A DNA stretch of 64,000 nucleotides from Chrysomallon squamiferum (Eukaryota; Animalia; Mollusca), in assembly GCA_012295275.1 (NCBI GenBank), contig CM022666.1, forward strand, positions 5,084,001-5,148,000, read 5' to 3'. The notes under the pieces are model-generated. The model made no database searches, was not told the DNA's origin, and saw only the letters and a program-made list of their open reading frames with translations. The position numbers and the translations under genes were made by a program. Below, one piece after another: positions 28,746 to 42,266 of the stretch (its first letter is position 1; each line of letters opens with the position of its first letter).

Positions 28746-30544
28746 TCAAAGCATATACAGGCCAAAGTAGGTTGTCTCAGGATATCTCAAAATTCTGTTC
28801 ACAACTGATGTTCTCACCACTACAGTGTCATTGGCTTTCAGGTAGTAAACAGCTCCAATGTAGGAAGGAACAAAAGCTTCCTGGTGTCTTCGTACTTTGC
28901 ATGTTGTTTGAGGATTTCTGTAGAGGACATCATAATTTGGATATTTTTCAATTGAGTGACACAGCCTAGCGTATTCAAGCCCTTTCATTTGGTTGGCATG
29001 GAATAAAACGTTGCTGTATATGAAGTAGTAAGCAGACTGTTTGACTTGAATCCCGTCAGCGACAACAGCCACACCTCCTTTCACAAACGATCTTTTGCCA
29101 GACGACGTCCATTTGATGAGAGGCTTCGGTGTGTCTGAAAAGTGCAAGAATAAATTATTTTTAAATAATATTTTTATTTTAAATTGTTAACAGTTCTAAT
29201 TAATATTACTAATATATTTCTATAACTACTACAAACTCCTGCTTTTGACTACTTTAGTACCATCATTGATATTTTTACTACTAACGTCCTAATACTATTG
29301 TTATCACAGTTTCTTCTATTATTTCCTAACCACTACTAATAACTATGTGGTTAGTACTACAACTACTTTTACCAGTGCTACTAATACTACTACTACTACT
29401 CTAGTACTACTACTACTACTACTACTACTATTACTACTACGGCTAACACTGCTTCTACTATTTGCTTTCTTACTTTTGTCATGTTGCAGTGACATCCATT
29501 TGTAGATGAACCGTTGTCTTCACATTGTTTTTATTATTCAGATTGTAAGCGGCCTCTCTGATCTGTTTAAGTTTCTGTTCTGAAATATATATATATACAG
29601 ACACATGTAGACTACTGATACCTGTATAAATATATAGATTCATACATACATACATAGATTCGTACACATTGTTTTTATTATCTGAATTCAAAAGATCAGC
29701 GACATCTCTGAGCTGCTTTAGTTTTGGTTCTAAAACACACACACACACACAGAGACACACACACACATAAATATACATTTGTACATGTTTACATACTTAG
29801 ACTATACACAAATATGCACGAACATACAAATACATAATTATAAACACTTTTGTGGATATTTAAATATGTGTGCCTGAATGTTTCTGTTTGTGTGTGGATC
29901 CTTTTCTGTGTATCTGTCTGTGTTTGTGTATGTATGTGTTTATGATTTTCTTGTGTGTATCTGTGTTTCTGCGACTTTGTGTTTTTATGTATGTCTGTGT
30001 GTGTATGTGTCTGTGTTAACTTACCACTTTTCTCAGCTTTTGTGTGACTTTCGCTCAGTTTCTACAAAGAATAACCAACTTGAAACTAAATAAATATTTT
30101 TCAGCACTATTAATTTCTCCTTTTCATAATTCAAATATTATTTCATTTCTAAAGAATTTAACTTTTTATTATTTTTATAGAGAATTACCTTGTTTCTTAA
30201 TTTCATATCTACAGAAAACAATATTTTTTTCCATTTAATGTATTTATGGAATATAAGTTTTTAGAACTAAATACAGAATTTACCTTTTTCATAATTTCAC
30301 TCATCACTTTTTCTCCATCTCTGTAACAGCAATACGTGATATTGTTCCTGGTTCTGGTCGTAGATTTGTGATCACAACAGTTTTCTCCTGGTTTGCACGA
30401 GATTTTCACACACAGTTCCTTGTCAAACAACAAGTTGGTTTCACTGTTCAGGAATTCGTTTAATGTTCCAGATACAATGAAACTGATGAGTATCAAGTTT
30501 AGTACCATAACAGAAATGGCAAGGACTGGACGAACTGGTACCAT
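28746..30544 (-). pseudogene. TNF superfamily ligand, copy 2 (2-nt deletion, premature TGA before the main THD exon)
   Basis: Exons 30544-30284, 30061-30025, 29579-29474 (106 nt instead of 108; ACA TGA at 29481-29479 instead of ACA TAT GAC) and 29134-28746. TATA and CCAAT boxes are also mutated. Confidence 0.85.
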
Positions 30545-31559
30545 TTTGTGTAACAACTTTTATTTCCTTTAGAAGTAATCTGTAAAACATAACCCAAAGA
30601 AAACAAAAAGTTGTTAGTAATAAATAATACCAAGATAAATACACACACCCGCACACGTACACACACACAACATACACACACTTATATAACACATTATTTC
30701 AGCAAACCAAAAATATACACTTGTACATACACAAATATGAAACTTAAAACATTCACATACAATATACACAAGTACATATAGTTCTGTATAATATTCTTTC
30801 AAAGAAAAAAGTTAAATAAATAATATCAAGATATATTTACATTGATAATATTCTTAGGCGATGTCAAAAAAAAAAATAGCAAAGGTTTCTCTTTTGAAAA
30901 TGCGATGCCTGATTTATCAATTTTCAGTGAATGCCTTGTAAGCCACTATGTACAAATACTCACCACTGAAATCCAATATGACAGCACAGCGATGTCTAAT
31001 GGAACAGATAATCCTCCTGATGAACACCTTGCTGTCTGATGTCACAAAATTTGTTTCCAATTGTTGAGGAGTGTAAGTAGTAGAGTTTTTCGTACGAAGC
31101 TATTTATATCACTGGAAAGAGGTAGGATTTTAAAGAAACAATTCAAAATAAATATATTGTTTTTACTCTTAAAACAAATGTATAGACAAAACTGTGACGG
31201 TACATTGGCAATCAGTGATGTAACTTTCCAAGAACGAAGACAATGTAACAAAATTAAAGTAAGCGAAAAACAGCTTGAGATAGCAAAGCGCGTAATAAAT
31301 ATTTCAATACCGTGAAGTGAAATAAATATCCAGTCAAGTAGCAGTATTTTGATCAGGTGACAGATTTTCGAGATACCATACAAATAAATGAGTGCTGTAT
31401 TTTCTGTGGCTGTTATTATACTAACCTGCCAACGCATGTGCTAGAAACTTATCGACCTTACCGCGATGTTTTGTTTTTTCAAGTTGATGTAAAATCACTT
31501 AATATTATACAAATAAGTGAAATTAGGGGCGTGAAAAAAATCCTAAAAATTAAATGTGA

Positions 31560-31915
31560 AAATTTATAATTTTATATATATATATAACCTATGAAATAAA
31601 AATTGAAATTATAATTTTATTTAAATTAAATATAACCTATATAAATATATATAACCTGAAATTATAATTTTATATAAATAAATATAACCTGTGAAATGAA
31701 ATTAAAATTTATAAAATTTTATATAAATATATATAATCAATGAAATAATTTTATGTAAATAAATATAACCAATGAAATAAGTGAAATTATACTTTTATAT
31801 AAATATATATAACCTATGAAATAAGTGAAATTATACTTTTATATAAATATATATAACCTATGAAATAAGTGAAATTATAATTTCATATAAATATATATAA
31901 CCTATGAAATAAGTA
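31560..31915. repeat. 44-bp AT-rich minisatellite in TNF intron 1 (also 8590-8770 and 55810-55895)
   Basis: Unit tgaaataagtgaaattatacttttatataaatatatataaccta; about 8, 4 and 2 copies in TNF copies 2, 1 and 4. Confidence 0.85.
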
Positions 31916-31929
31916 AAACATGTACATAC

Positions 31930-32190
31930 CTAAATTAGGCTGCCTCTGTGTTCACAATGGAGTGAAGCACGTCTACGACAGAAACGCTCTCTGACAGGCT
32001 TCGTTGATTTTTGTACCAGCTACTTTGAAAAGGTCGTATGACTTCGTCTACCTCCTTTCAGAGAATAATAATTTTCTTCGTGTACTGGGCTTTCCACCCA
32101 GGCTGTATGTAGATATCAGTCAAGCGTATTACTTTGAAAACATCGTATCATATTCTCTACCAGCTCACTCGATCATTTGTGATTTGATCA
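31930..32190 (-). promoter_or_regulatory. Decayed promoter and first exon of TNF copy 2
   Basis: Homologous to the copy 1 and 4 promoters, but TATAAAA is TACAAAA (~32015-32009) and CCAAT is CAAAT (~32186). There is a 109-bp insertion bracketed by the repeat tactttgaaaa (32021, 32130). Confidence 0.6.
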
Positions 32191-33090
32191 GAGGAAATGT
32201 CGTCTGCTTTATTTTAATTTATTACTTAATCTTTTTTCTTCTGTCGTTTTTAATTTTTCGCTATAGATTTCGTATAGTCATTTAATATACTATGAATAAT
32301 ATGAGAAAAGTTATTACATGTATTTTTTTGTTTGTTTGTATTGTTCATAAATAAGCTACATATTATAGTAGTTATTGCTATAATAGTAGTAGTAATAGTA
32401 GTTGTTGTAGTTGTGGTAGTAATAATAGCTGTTGTTGTTGTTGTGGCTGCTTTTGTCGTTATTGTTAAATAAAGAGTACAGCGTAACTTCTATTCCTGTG
32501 TCAACTAAATCATAAACAAAATGAGGAAAACATGTAGTCTGTGTATCACGAATAGATATGCTGATGATAAAACGAAACGGAAGACAATAACTTTAGAAAC
32601 AAAATACGATATCTTAAATGAACACAAAACCCACAAAAATGAACCCACAATGAGTGGCATATAATTATTTCTTAATTTATTTGTATAAATTGATTTGTAA
32701 ATGATTTACTGTTTGTTTAATATCTATGATCTATAAAGTTATTTATTTTTCTGTATTTATTTAAAAATATATATATATGTTTTATGTGAAATCTCATCAG
32801 CGAGAACCACTGTTTTTAACATCAGTTCTGTGTAAATTAGTCTCCCGCTTAACGATCAGAAATTTGGAACAAATTACATCGTCAAACCGAGGTAATAAAA
32901 AAGCAAGAATAAACAAAATAATAACTAAAATAAGCGCGTAGAATTTGATCAGTGTAGATCACTGCATCGCGTAGATCACACGTCAAAGTATTTGTTTTAC
33001 TTTTTACCATATTCATAAATAAACTACGTGCATTTATTACTTGTTTTTATTGTTGTAGTTCTCGTTATTATTAATATTACGATTGCTGCT

Positions 33091-33188
<98 letters not shown>

Positions 33189-33468
33189 CGTCCGCTGAAA
33201 GTAAATTATAAAAACAGATAATTAAAATTTAAACAAATATAACAAAAAATATTACTTCTATTAGTGTCTTTAAGGTTATTAAACAAACTCAGTTGTGTAC
33301 AAATATAATTTGCGTTCTCACATCAACACAACTCAGATAAAAGCACTAACAATTATAAAATTATATTTGATAAAACCTTTTGTCATAATTGGTTAAATTA
33401 TTTCTTTTTCTACCTTCTTTATTTTTCTTCTCAATTTTTTCCTTCTATTATTCCATCATCTCTATTTT

Positions 33469-33861
<393 letters not shown>

Positions 33862-33869
33862 GTAATCAC

Positions 33870-35165
33870 CTTTTATAAAACTTGGGCCACACTGGATTAA
33901 GCTGACATCCAGTCGCTGAGATGACGTACTCCCGCTGCTGTTTGCTTCCCTCTACAGTGCAGTTGATGTCCATGCCGAGGTTCACCAAGTAGGTGCAGTA
34001 CGTCTCATTGTGTACAAACTGCAGTGTTGTCAGCTGCTGCTGGTGTAGTTGCAGTGCACGTTCACAATAAATAACTGAAGTCATCCATTTATTACTACAG
34101 GGCCAGGAATATGAAATGTCTCAGAAATATCTGCCTGTGACAGAAGAATCTTCCACTTGTAAACGTTACTTGTATCATGACTGTTGATTCAGTGGCTGGA
34201 GAAAAAGTCACAATTTTTAGATAACAAAATGTATGGATTTATAGAGTATTAAAAACATAAAAAACAAAAACACACAAACAAACAAAAAAACAAAAAACAA
34301 ACAATAACAAACAAAAAAACAATACAATACAAGCAAGTCACTCACACACACACAGGGACGCACGCACACACACACAAACGCACACTAATCTATTTTAAAA
34401 AATGTCGCTTTGTTCAGTTTCCCGTGAGTTGTTTTTATGACAGAAACTAGACTACGTCAAGTACATGTGATGTACGTGCATGAACAGAAACAAAGACAGG
34501 AAAATGTATTCATTTATATTTAAAATCGTTTCAGTGGTTGAACGTGTTTATTTGGACTAGGGATGACAGTGATCGCGTGACTGAAGCAGGTTGTGAAATA
34601 AGAGAGTGGGACAAACACTCGAGTTAGGTAACTCGAGAACTCGTGTGCCCTGCATTCTGTATTACTAGGAAACACTTAGTAAACAGCTATTTATAAACAC
34701 TGCTCGGGTAGAAACTACTGTTAAAGATAACGAGTGTATGTGGGATTTTTAAAAGTTTTCCAGTCAGCTACCATTGTTATTGTCGTTTTTTTGTTTTTTT
34801 TGTTTTTAGACAGCAAATCAAACAGTGAAGGACGACAGCATAACTATTAAAACTTAATCATGATACATGTGTGTGTGTGTGTGGATGTGCACGTATGTAG
34901 GCGTATCTATATAAGTATATGATATGTACATGGTTATATAACAGCAGTATTTAACATACTGTCTTTAAAATATACAAATTATGCACACATATCAGAATGT
35001 AATTTTGTTAGGTTTAAATTAATTTCTTTTCATGTATCTTTCATTGTCTGATCCTCGCTGGTTTCGATAATTATTCTTAGTCTGACAAAACCAGATCTGT
35101 AAAAAGATGAAAAAGAGAGTAAAAAAAATGAATAAATTTCATGGGGTAAGATTAGTCCAAATATA

Positions 35166-35223
<58 letters not shown>

Positions 35224-35389
35224 CTAATTTAACAAATCAACAATTTAACTCATAATGATAACACTAAAGTAACTATAATGATCAGAAACCAAATAAATAA
35301 ATAAATGAATGAATAAATTACTACAAACAACAGCAACAACAACAACATTAACAACAACAACAACAATAATAATAATAATAATAATAGTA

Positions 35390-35455
<66 letters not shown>

Positions 35456-36914
35456 TCAGCTTGGAGGACTATGAATCCGTTCTGAAAATTAAAAAATTAT
35501 ATATTTTCAGATACATTGTATATTATACACCACAGTATGTCAGTTTTATAATATCATACACTGAATACATTGTATTTGCTATACTGAATATTTAATACTA
35601 CATCCTTTGATTTGTAAATTACAGGATACATACTGTATTGTAACTATCTTTAAGGTTACCGTACTGGAATAATACTCTATAACTTGGTATATAAGATACA
35701 TGGTATGTTCTGTACTCTGTTAATCTTTAAGGTCTATGAATCCATTCTGAAATTTAAAAAGATATATATTCAGATCCATTGTATATTATACACCACAGTA
35801 TGTTAGTTTTATAATATCATACACTGAATATATGGTATTTGTTATGCTGAATCTTTAATATTATATCCTCTGATTTATAAATGATATGATATGTACTGTA
35901 ATAAGTTTGTATATTATATCCTTGGATATACACATTAATGTATTCATTTATACTCTACACCACAGGACCTCAGTTATTTATAAAATGATACACAGAATAC
36001 ATATTATTTGCAATAATGAATCTGTAATATTATATCTTTGAATATATAAATTACATGGTATGTACTGTATTTCATTATATATTATTTAATACTATATTAC
36101 TGGATATATAATTTACATGGTATGTATTGCACTCTATTATTCTTTAATACTGGATACATAAATTACATGGTATTAATCTTTAATACTGGATACATAAATT
36201 ACATGGTATATACTGCAGTCTATTAATCTTTAATACGGGATACATAAATTACATGGTATGTACTGCAGTCTATTAATCTTTAACAGCGTATCTCTAGACG
36301 TATAAATTACATGGTATGTACTGTACTGAATTATATAATATTTAATACTGTCTCCCTGTAAATAGAAACTACGTAATATGTAATGTACTGGAATAATACT
36401 GTATTCTGGATGTTTAAATTATATTATTCTGCAACTTTTGTCTTATTTCCAGTAAAATATGGATTTTTTAAAAAATCATCTAAAAAAGAAGTATGACAAT
36501 ATATTTTTATGATTTAAAAATAAAAAATATAAAAAATAAACGCACAGATAGCACTTACCATACCGTGATGGAGACCCAGTCTGTTGAAACTTTGCTTCGA
36601 TAGTACAACCTCTGACACCTGTACACTGCCATACACAAGGAGACACACAACTACCGTGACAACAACATTTGGTATAAAAAGTGTTTGGACTACCTGGATG
36701 AAAACTGAAACTGAAACAAAATATTAACTGCGAAAAAAGTTCATCAACAACCATGATACAATAACAATAGTTATAAATAAAAACAACATTAACAATAGTT
36801 ATAAATAACAACAATAACAATAGTTATAAATAACACAACAATAACAATAGTTATAAATAACAACAACAATAACAATAGTTATAAATAACAGCAACAATAA
36901 TAATAATAACATTA

Positions 36915-36975
<61 letters not shown>

Positions 36976-37314
36976 ATTAAGTATGAAAGAGTTGTTGTCC
37001 TTAGCATTCTCTGATATATATATATATATATACGGAGACAGGTAAACTTAATGCTCACCTGAATACACAATTTCTTAACACGTAGTCGAATATTTTCAAA
37101 CAGAGATTTAGGTTTTTCAGTTTTATCTCTACATACATCATCATCACCTTCATCATCAGCTGTCAAGATAATTCATGGTTTGTATTATAGAAATACTGGG
37201 TGACTAATAGTGTATGTAAATAAACAATAACAACAACTATAATACTAGTACTGCTACTACTACTACAACTACTACTAGTAATAATACTAATTAATAATTA
37301 ATAATAACAATAAC

Positions 37315-37347
<33 letters not shown>

Positions 37348-37819
37348 TAACGTGTACACACAGAGAACTACAAAAAAAAAAATAATAATAATAAATAATA
37401 ATAAATAATAATAATAATAGCAGTATTGGTAGTGGTAGTAGCAGTAGTTGGTGTTGTTGCAATAATAGTGGTAGTATCTGTAATAATAATAATTAGAAAA
37501 TTAATAGAAATAGTAGAAGTAATAGTAATAATAGTAGTGGCGCTAGTCATAATAACACAACAGTAGTGGTAATAGTAATAGCAGTAGTAGTGTAGCAGTA
37601 GAAATAGTAGTAATAGTATTAGTACTAGTCTTAGTAATAATAGTATTAGTACTAGTCTTAGTAATAATGAGAACGATCAAATTACGTATTAAAATAACTG
37701 ATATTAAAGTTATTTAACAATATAACAAATAAAACCTAATTAATTTTATTTTAATGTTAACCTGTTATTATTAGTAGTACTTTGTAAAAATTGCTGTTGT
37801 TCTTGTTAGCATTATTATG

Positions 37820-37866
<47 letters not shown>

Positions 37867-38236
37867 GATTATTATTATTATTATTATTATTAAAAATTAA
37901 TTTACATATCTTTGACCTACTAATCATACATAATAAATGTGTTACAGCTTCTATAAACATTTAAATACCTTTAATTAATTACTAATAATAATATGCACAG
38001 AAGTGTCCATAAACAAATAATTAATTACCTGTTTCCTTATAATCCACATACTCAGGGTACCCGTACAGGAGAAGCTTAGAGAACGAGATTGTCTTGGCCA
38101 TCCGATGAGCAAACAACAAAATATCAACCACAAACATCAAACAGAATATCACACAGAACGCTGTCACTGAATTTCCCTTCACTCCACTTTGACGTTTTCG
38201 CTGTTTCGCAGCATGGATTATCTCCCCTTGATTTGA
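33870..38236 (-). pseudogene. Unidentified multi-pass membrane protein gene ('gene X'), partial and broken copy
   Basis: Three open GT-AG exons with matching phases: 38236-38029 (SNQGEIIH...VTAFCVIFCLMFVVDILLFAHRMAKT...GYPEYVDYKET), 37159-37059 (ADDEGDDD...KKLCIQ) and 36693-36559 (VVQTLFIPNVVVTVVVCLLVYGSVQV...GLHHGM). The fourth exon is split into a 5' stub near 35455-35481 and a 3' part at 33870-34063. Confidence 0.65.
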
Positions 38237-38707
38237 CTTGAAGAGAGGTGAGAACAAGTGATTGTGAAAGACAATATTTAGTTTTCAAAAGTTTTGTTAT
38301 GACACAACTAAATTCCTGATATAACAAATAGATTAGAGAAACAAATCTCTGTACACATACGAACATAATATTTCTGAGAATTAGATGTATTTGTGAATAT
38401 AAAACAATTGATATCAAATAAAAATTTGTTTTATGTCTGTGTGCAAAACATTGATGAAGGTGTGCCAATAGTGATCCCAACCCCCACCGATTCATTTCAT
38501 GATATGACGTGAAGAAAAGATCAGGCTTTAAATGTTGTTTTTGTCTTGTTTTTCTTCAAAAATTATTCTTAGCCTGACGAAACAGATCTGTCAAAGGATG
38601 AAAATAAAGTAAACAAAAAACAAAAAATTGGAAAAGAAATTATTTGATAGAATAAATTTATATATATATATATATTGAATTCATTTATATATATATATGT
38701 ATGTATG

Positions 38708-38738
<31 letters not shown>

Positions 38739-39660
38739 ATATATACATATATATATATACATACATACATACACATGCATAGATATAATTATAAAATAAA
38801 TACATCAACATAAATATATCAACATTGTTTATAACAAAAAACTAAAAAAAATGAATTAAATCGACGTAAATCTTTATTAGAAAAATACAAATATAATTAT
38901 AAACTCATATTTGATTATTATTATTATATCTGGCCCAATAATAAATAATGTTACCTCAGAGATAAAAGTTCTTTATTGAAAGCTGATGCAAAACCCTAAA
39001 AAAAAGCGACAATAAATTATTTTATAAATAAAATAAACTGACAAAACAAAATCTATCATAACCGATTCAAATTTGTTGCAGAGACATCGAAAAACTTGTT
39101 GACCGTTGAAAAGACGTGATAAATAACAACGGAGAATACATTATTGATTAAAAAACATCTTGTTATCAATTAAGCTTAAGTAACCCTTCTATGTAATGAT
39201 TAAATTTAATTTAACCACAATGACTTATTCCTCAACTTAATATTTATTGTTATAAAAATAAATAAATAATCTTAAGAATCACACATACACACACTCCCAC
39301 ATTCACACACACATCTTAAACATATAGTGTTATGATTGCATTCGTTGTATTGCAAATGGCGTTCTTAACCTAGTTATTGCGTTGTTAGGAAACCGACTAG
39401 CATTTCGTTTAAAAAAAAAGTAAAGGTATTAATTTATAGCAATAATAATGCATTAATAAGAATAACAACAGTCTGTAATTAATATTGTGAAACTGAATTT
39501 ATAAAAGTATTAACAGTCTATTGTAATGCTCTAATATTGCATTGATAATAATAATAGCAGTCTATTGGTAATTCTGTAATATTGCATTAGCATTAATACG
39601 TTGTTATTTAAAATACTGGCAAGAATTCCATTAGAGTATCAAAAATGTTTTAAATAATAA

Positions 39661-39718
<58 letters not shown>

Positions 39719-40097
39719 AAAATGATAATAAGTAAAATAATAGTAATAACAAAACTAATTTGCAGTAATTAAAAACAATAGTATCACAGACATTTTATTT
39801 TATTTTATAATTCCATTGAATATATAAAATCAGATCCACTCACAAGCAACAGCAACAACAACAACAACAACAATAATAATAATAATAATAATAATAATCA
39901 TAATAATATTAATAATAATAATCATCATTATAATCATTATAATCATAATCATAATGAAAACTGTAAAGGAAGATAAAATTTTGCCTTATATAAACATTTC
40001 ATGGTAAAGTTAGAATAAAAAAGTAGTTTTATGTAGTCGTGTCACAGCTCAAACAAATTATATATTAACAGTTATAATTCTGGTCTCTTGGACCAAT

Positions 40098-40998
40098 TCA
40101 GAGCATATACAGCCCAAAGTAGGTGGTCTCAGGATCTCTCAAAATTCTGTTCACAAGTGATGTTCTCACCATCACAGTGTCATTGGCTTTCAGGTAATAA
40201 ACAGCTCCAATGTAGGAAGGAACAAAACCTTCCTTGTCTCCTCGTACTTTGCATGTTGTTTGAGAATTTGTGTAGAGAACTTCATAATTTGGATATTTTT
40301 CAATTGAGTGATACGGCCTATAGTATTCAAGCTGTTTCATTTGCTTGGCATGGAATAAAATGTTGCTGTATATGAAGTAGTAAGCAGCTTCTTTGACTTG
40401 AATCCCGTCAGCGACAACAGCTGCAGCTCCTTTCACAAACGATCTTTTACCAGACGACGTCCATTTGATGAGAGGCTTCGGTGTGTCTGAAACGTTTGCA
40501 AGAATAAACGATTTTTAAATAACATTTCTATTTTAAATTGTCAATAGTTCTAGTTAGTATTACTAATATAGTTGTATAGCTACTACAAACTCCTGCTATT
40601 AACTACTTTACTAACACGACTGGTGTTTTTGCTATTAACACTGCTAATACTATTGTTATCACAATTTTTACAATTATTTCCTAACCACTATTAATAACTA
40701 GGTAATTACTTGTACAACTATTAACAGACAGAACTTTTAAGTAACTACTACTATTTTGTCTACTATTTTGTCTTTCAACTGAGTATCACTACTCTTCTAT
40801 TACTACTACTACTGCTGCTACTGCTACTACTACTACTACTATTACTACTACTGCTGCTACCACTACTACTACTATTTGTATTCTTACCTTTGTCGTATTT
40901 TGCATTCACTTCCATTTGTAGATGAGCCGATGTCTTCGCATTGTTTTTATTATTCAGACGATCAGCAGCCTCTCTGATCTGCTGAAGATTTTGTTCTG

Positions 40999-41041
<43 letters not shown>

Positions 41042-41947
41042 TGTATATATGCACCTATATATAAACACACACACACAGTCACACAGATAGACACACATAC
41101 CTGTAAACACATCTAGACTCGTACACACGTATATACAAATACATAATTTTATAAACACTTTTGTGCATATTTAAATGTGTGGTTTGTGTTTGTCTGAGTG
41201 TCTTTTTGTGGGTTTGCTTGTCTGTGTTTGTGTATCTTAGTCTTTATGTGTGTGTATGTTTATGTTTCTGCTTGTATGTGTGTCTGTGTTTATGCGACTT
41301 TGTTTTTGCGTATGTCTGTGAATGTGTATGTGTATGTGTAAACTTACCACATTTCTCAGCTTTTGTATGACTTTCACTCAGTTTCTAAAACGAATGTCAA
41401 CAACCACTTTGAAATTCGTCCATTATAATTTGTTTTATATTTAAAAATATTCATCAGCATTATTAATTTCTCATTTTCATAATTGAAATATTATTAAACA
41501 TATATCGATCTTTTTTATTTTTGTTGTTTCACTTTTCTTCCTTTTTTTTTGAATTTCATTTATAATCCACTTAAGTTTTTAATATTTTTATATAGAATTT
41601 ACCTATTTCTTAATTTCATACCTTTCTTTTTTAATCTTCTATTTAATGTATTTATGGATCTTTTTAGAAGTTAAAACAGAATTTACCTTTTTCATAATTT
41701 CACTGATCACTTTTTCTCCATCCCTGTAACAGCAATACGTGGTATTGTTCCTGGTTCTGTTCGTAGATTTGTCATCACAACAGTTTTCTCCTGGTTTGCA
41801 CGAGATTTTCACACACAGTTCCTTGTCAAACATCAAGTTGGTTTCTCTGTTCAGAAATTCTTTTAAAGTTTCAGATACTATGAAACTGATGAGTAAGAAG
41901 TTCAGCACCATAAGAGAAATGGCAATGACTGGAAGAAGTGACTTCAT
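40098..41947 (-). CDS. TNF superfamily ligand, copy 3 (intact, 264 aa, type II membrane protein, TRAIL/FasL-like THD)
   Basis: Coding exons 41947-41687 (MKSLLPVIAISLMVLNFLLISFIV...CC..EIMKK), 41384-41348 (KLSESHTKAEKC), 40995-40888 (...KTSAHLQMEV...) and 40486-40098 (LIKW...GIQVKEAAYYFIYSNILF...SYIGAVYYLKANDTV...TTYFGLYML*). All introns are GT-AG with compatible phases (0,1,1); total 795 nt with no internal stop. THD motifs (AHL, W, G.YFIYS, SYIG, FGL) are clear. Confidence 0.9.
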
Positions 41948-42221
41948 TTTCCTTTAGATGCAGTCTGTGTCAACCATAATAAAAATGTTATTAGTAATCA
42001 ATAATACCAAGATAAAGGCACAAACAAAATACACGGACATAATTAACATTATTTCAGAAAATAAAAGTTAAATAATAAATAAAACCAAGAAAAAGACTCA
42101 CACACATACACACACGCACACACACGCACATACATACACACACAAACGCGAGCACACAGATACCACCACAGAATATTCTTTCGAAAAATTAAAAGAAGAC
42201 TAAATGAAAACAATGACTTAC

Positions 42222-42266
42222 GCAGATGCCTTCTGTTGTGGTACTACGCTGTACATTGCTTTTATA
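42222..42266 (-). promoter_or_regulatory. Candidate TATA box and very short non-coding exon 1 of intact TNF copy 3 (different promoter type)
   Basis: TATAAAA at 42266-42260 is followed 38 nt later by a GTAAGT donor at 42221. The exon 2 acceptor is at 41965-41966, with an in-frame TAA before the ATG. Confidence 0.5.
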
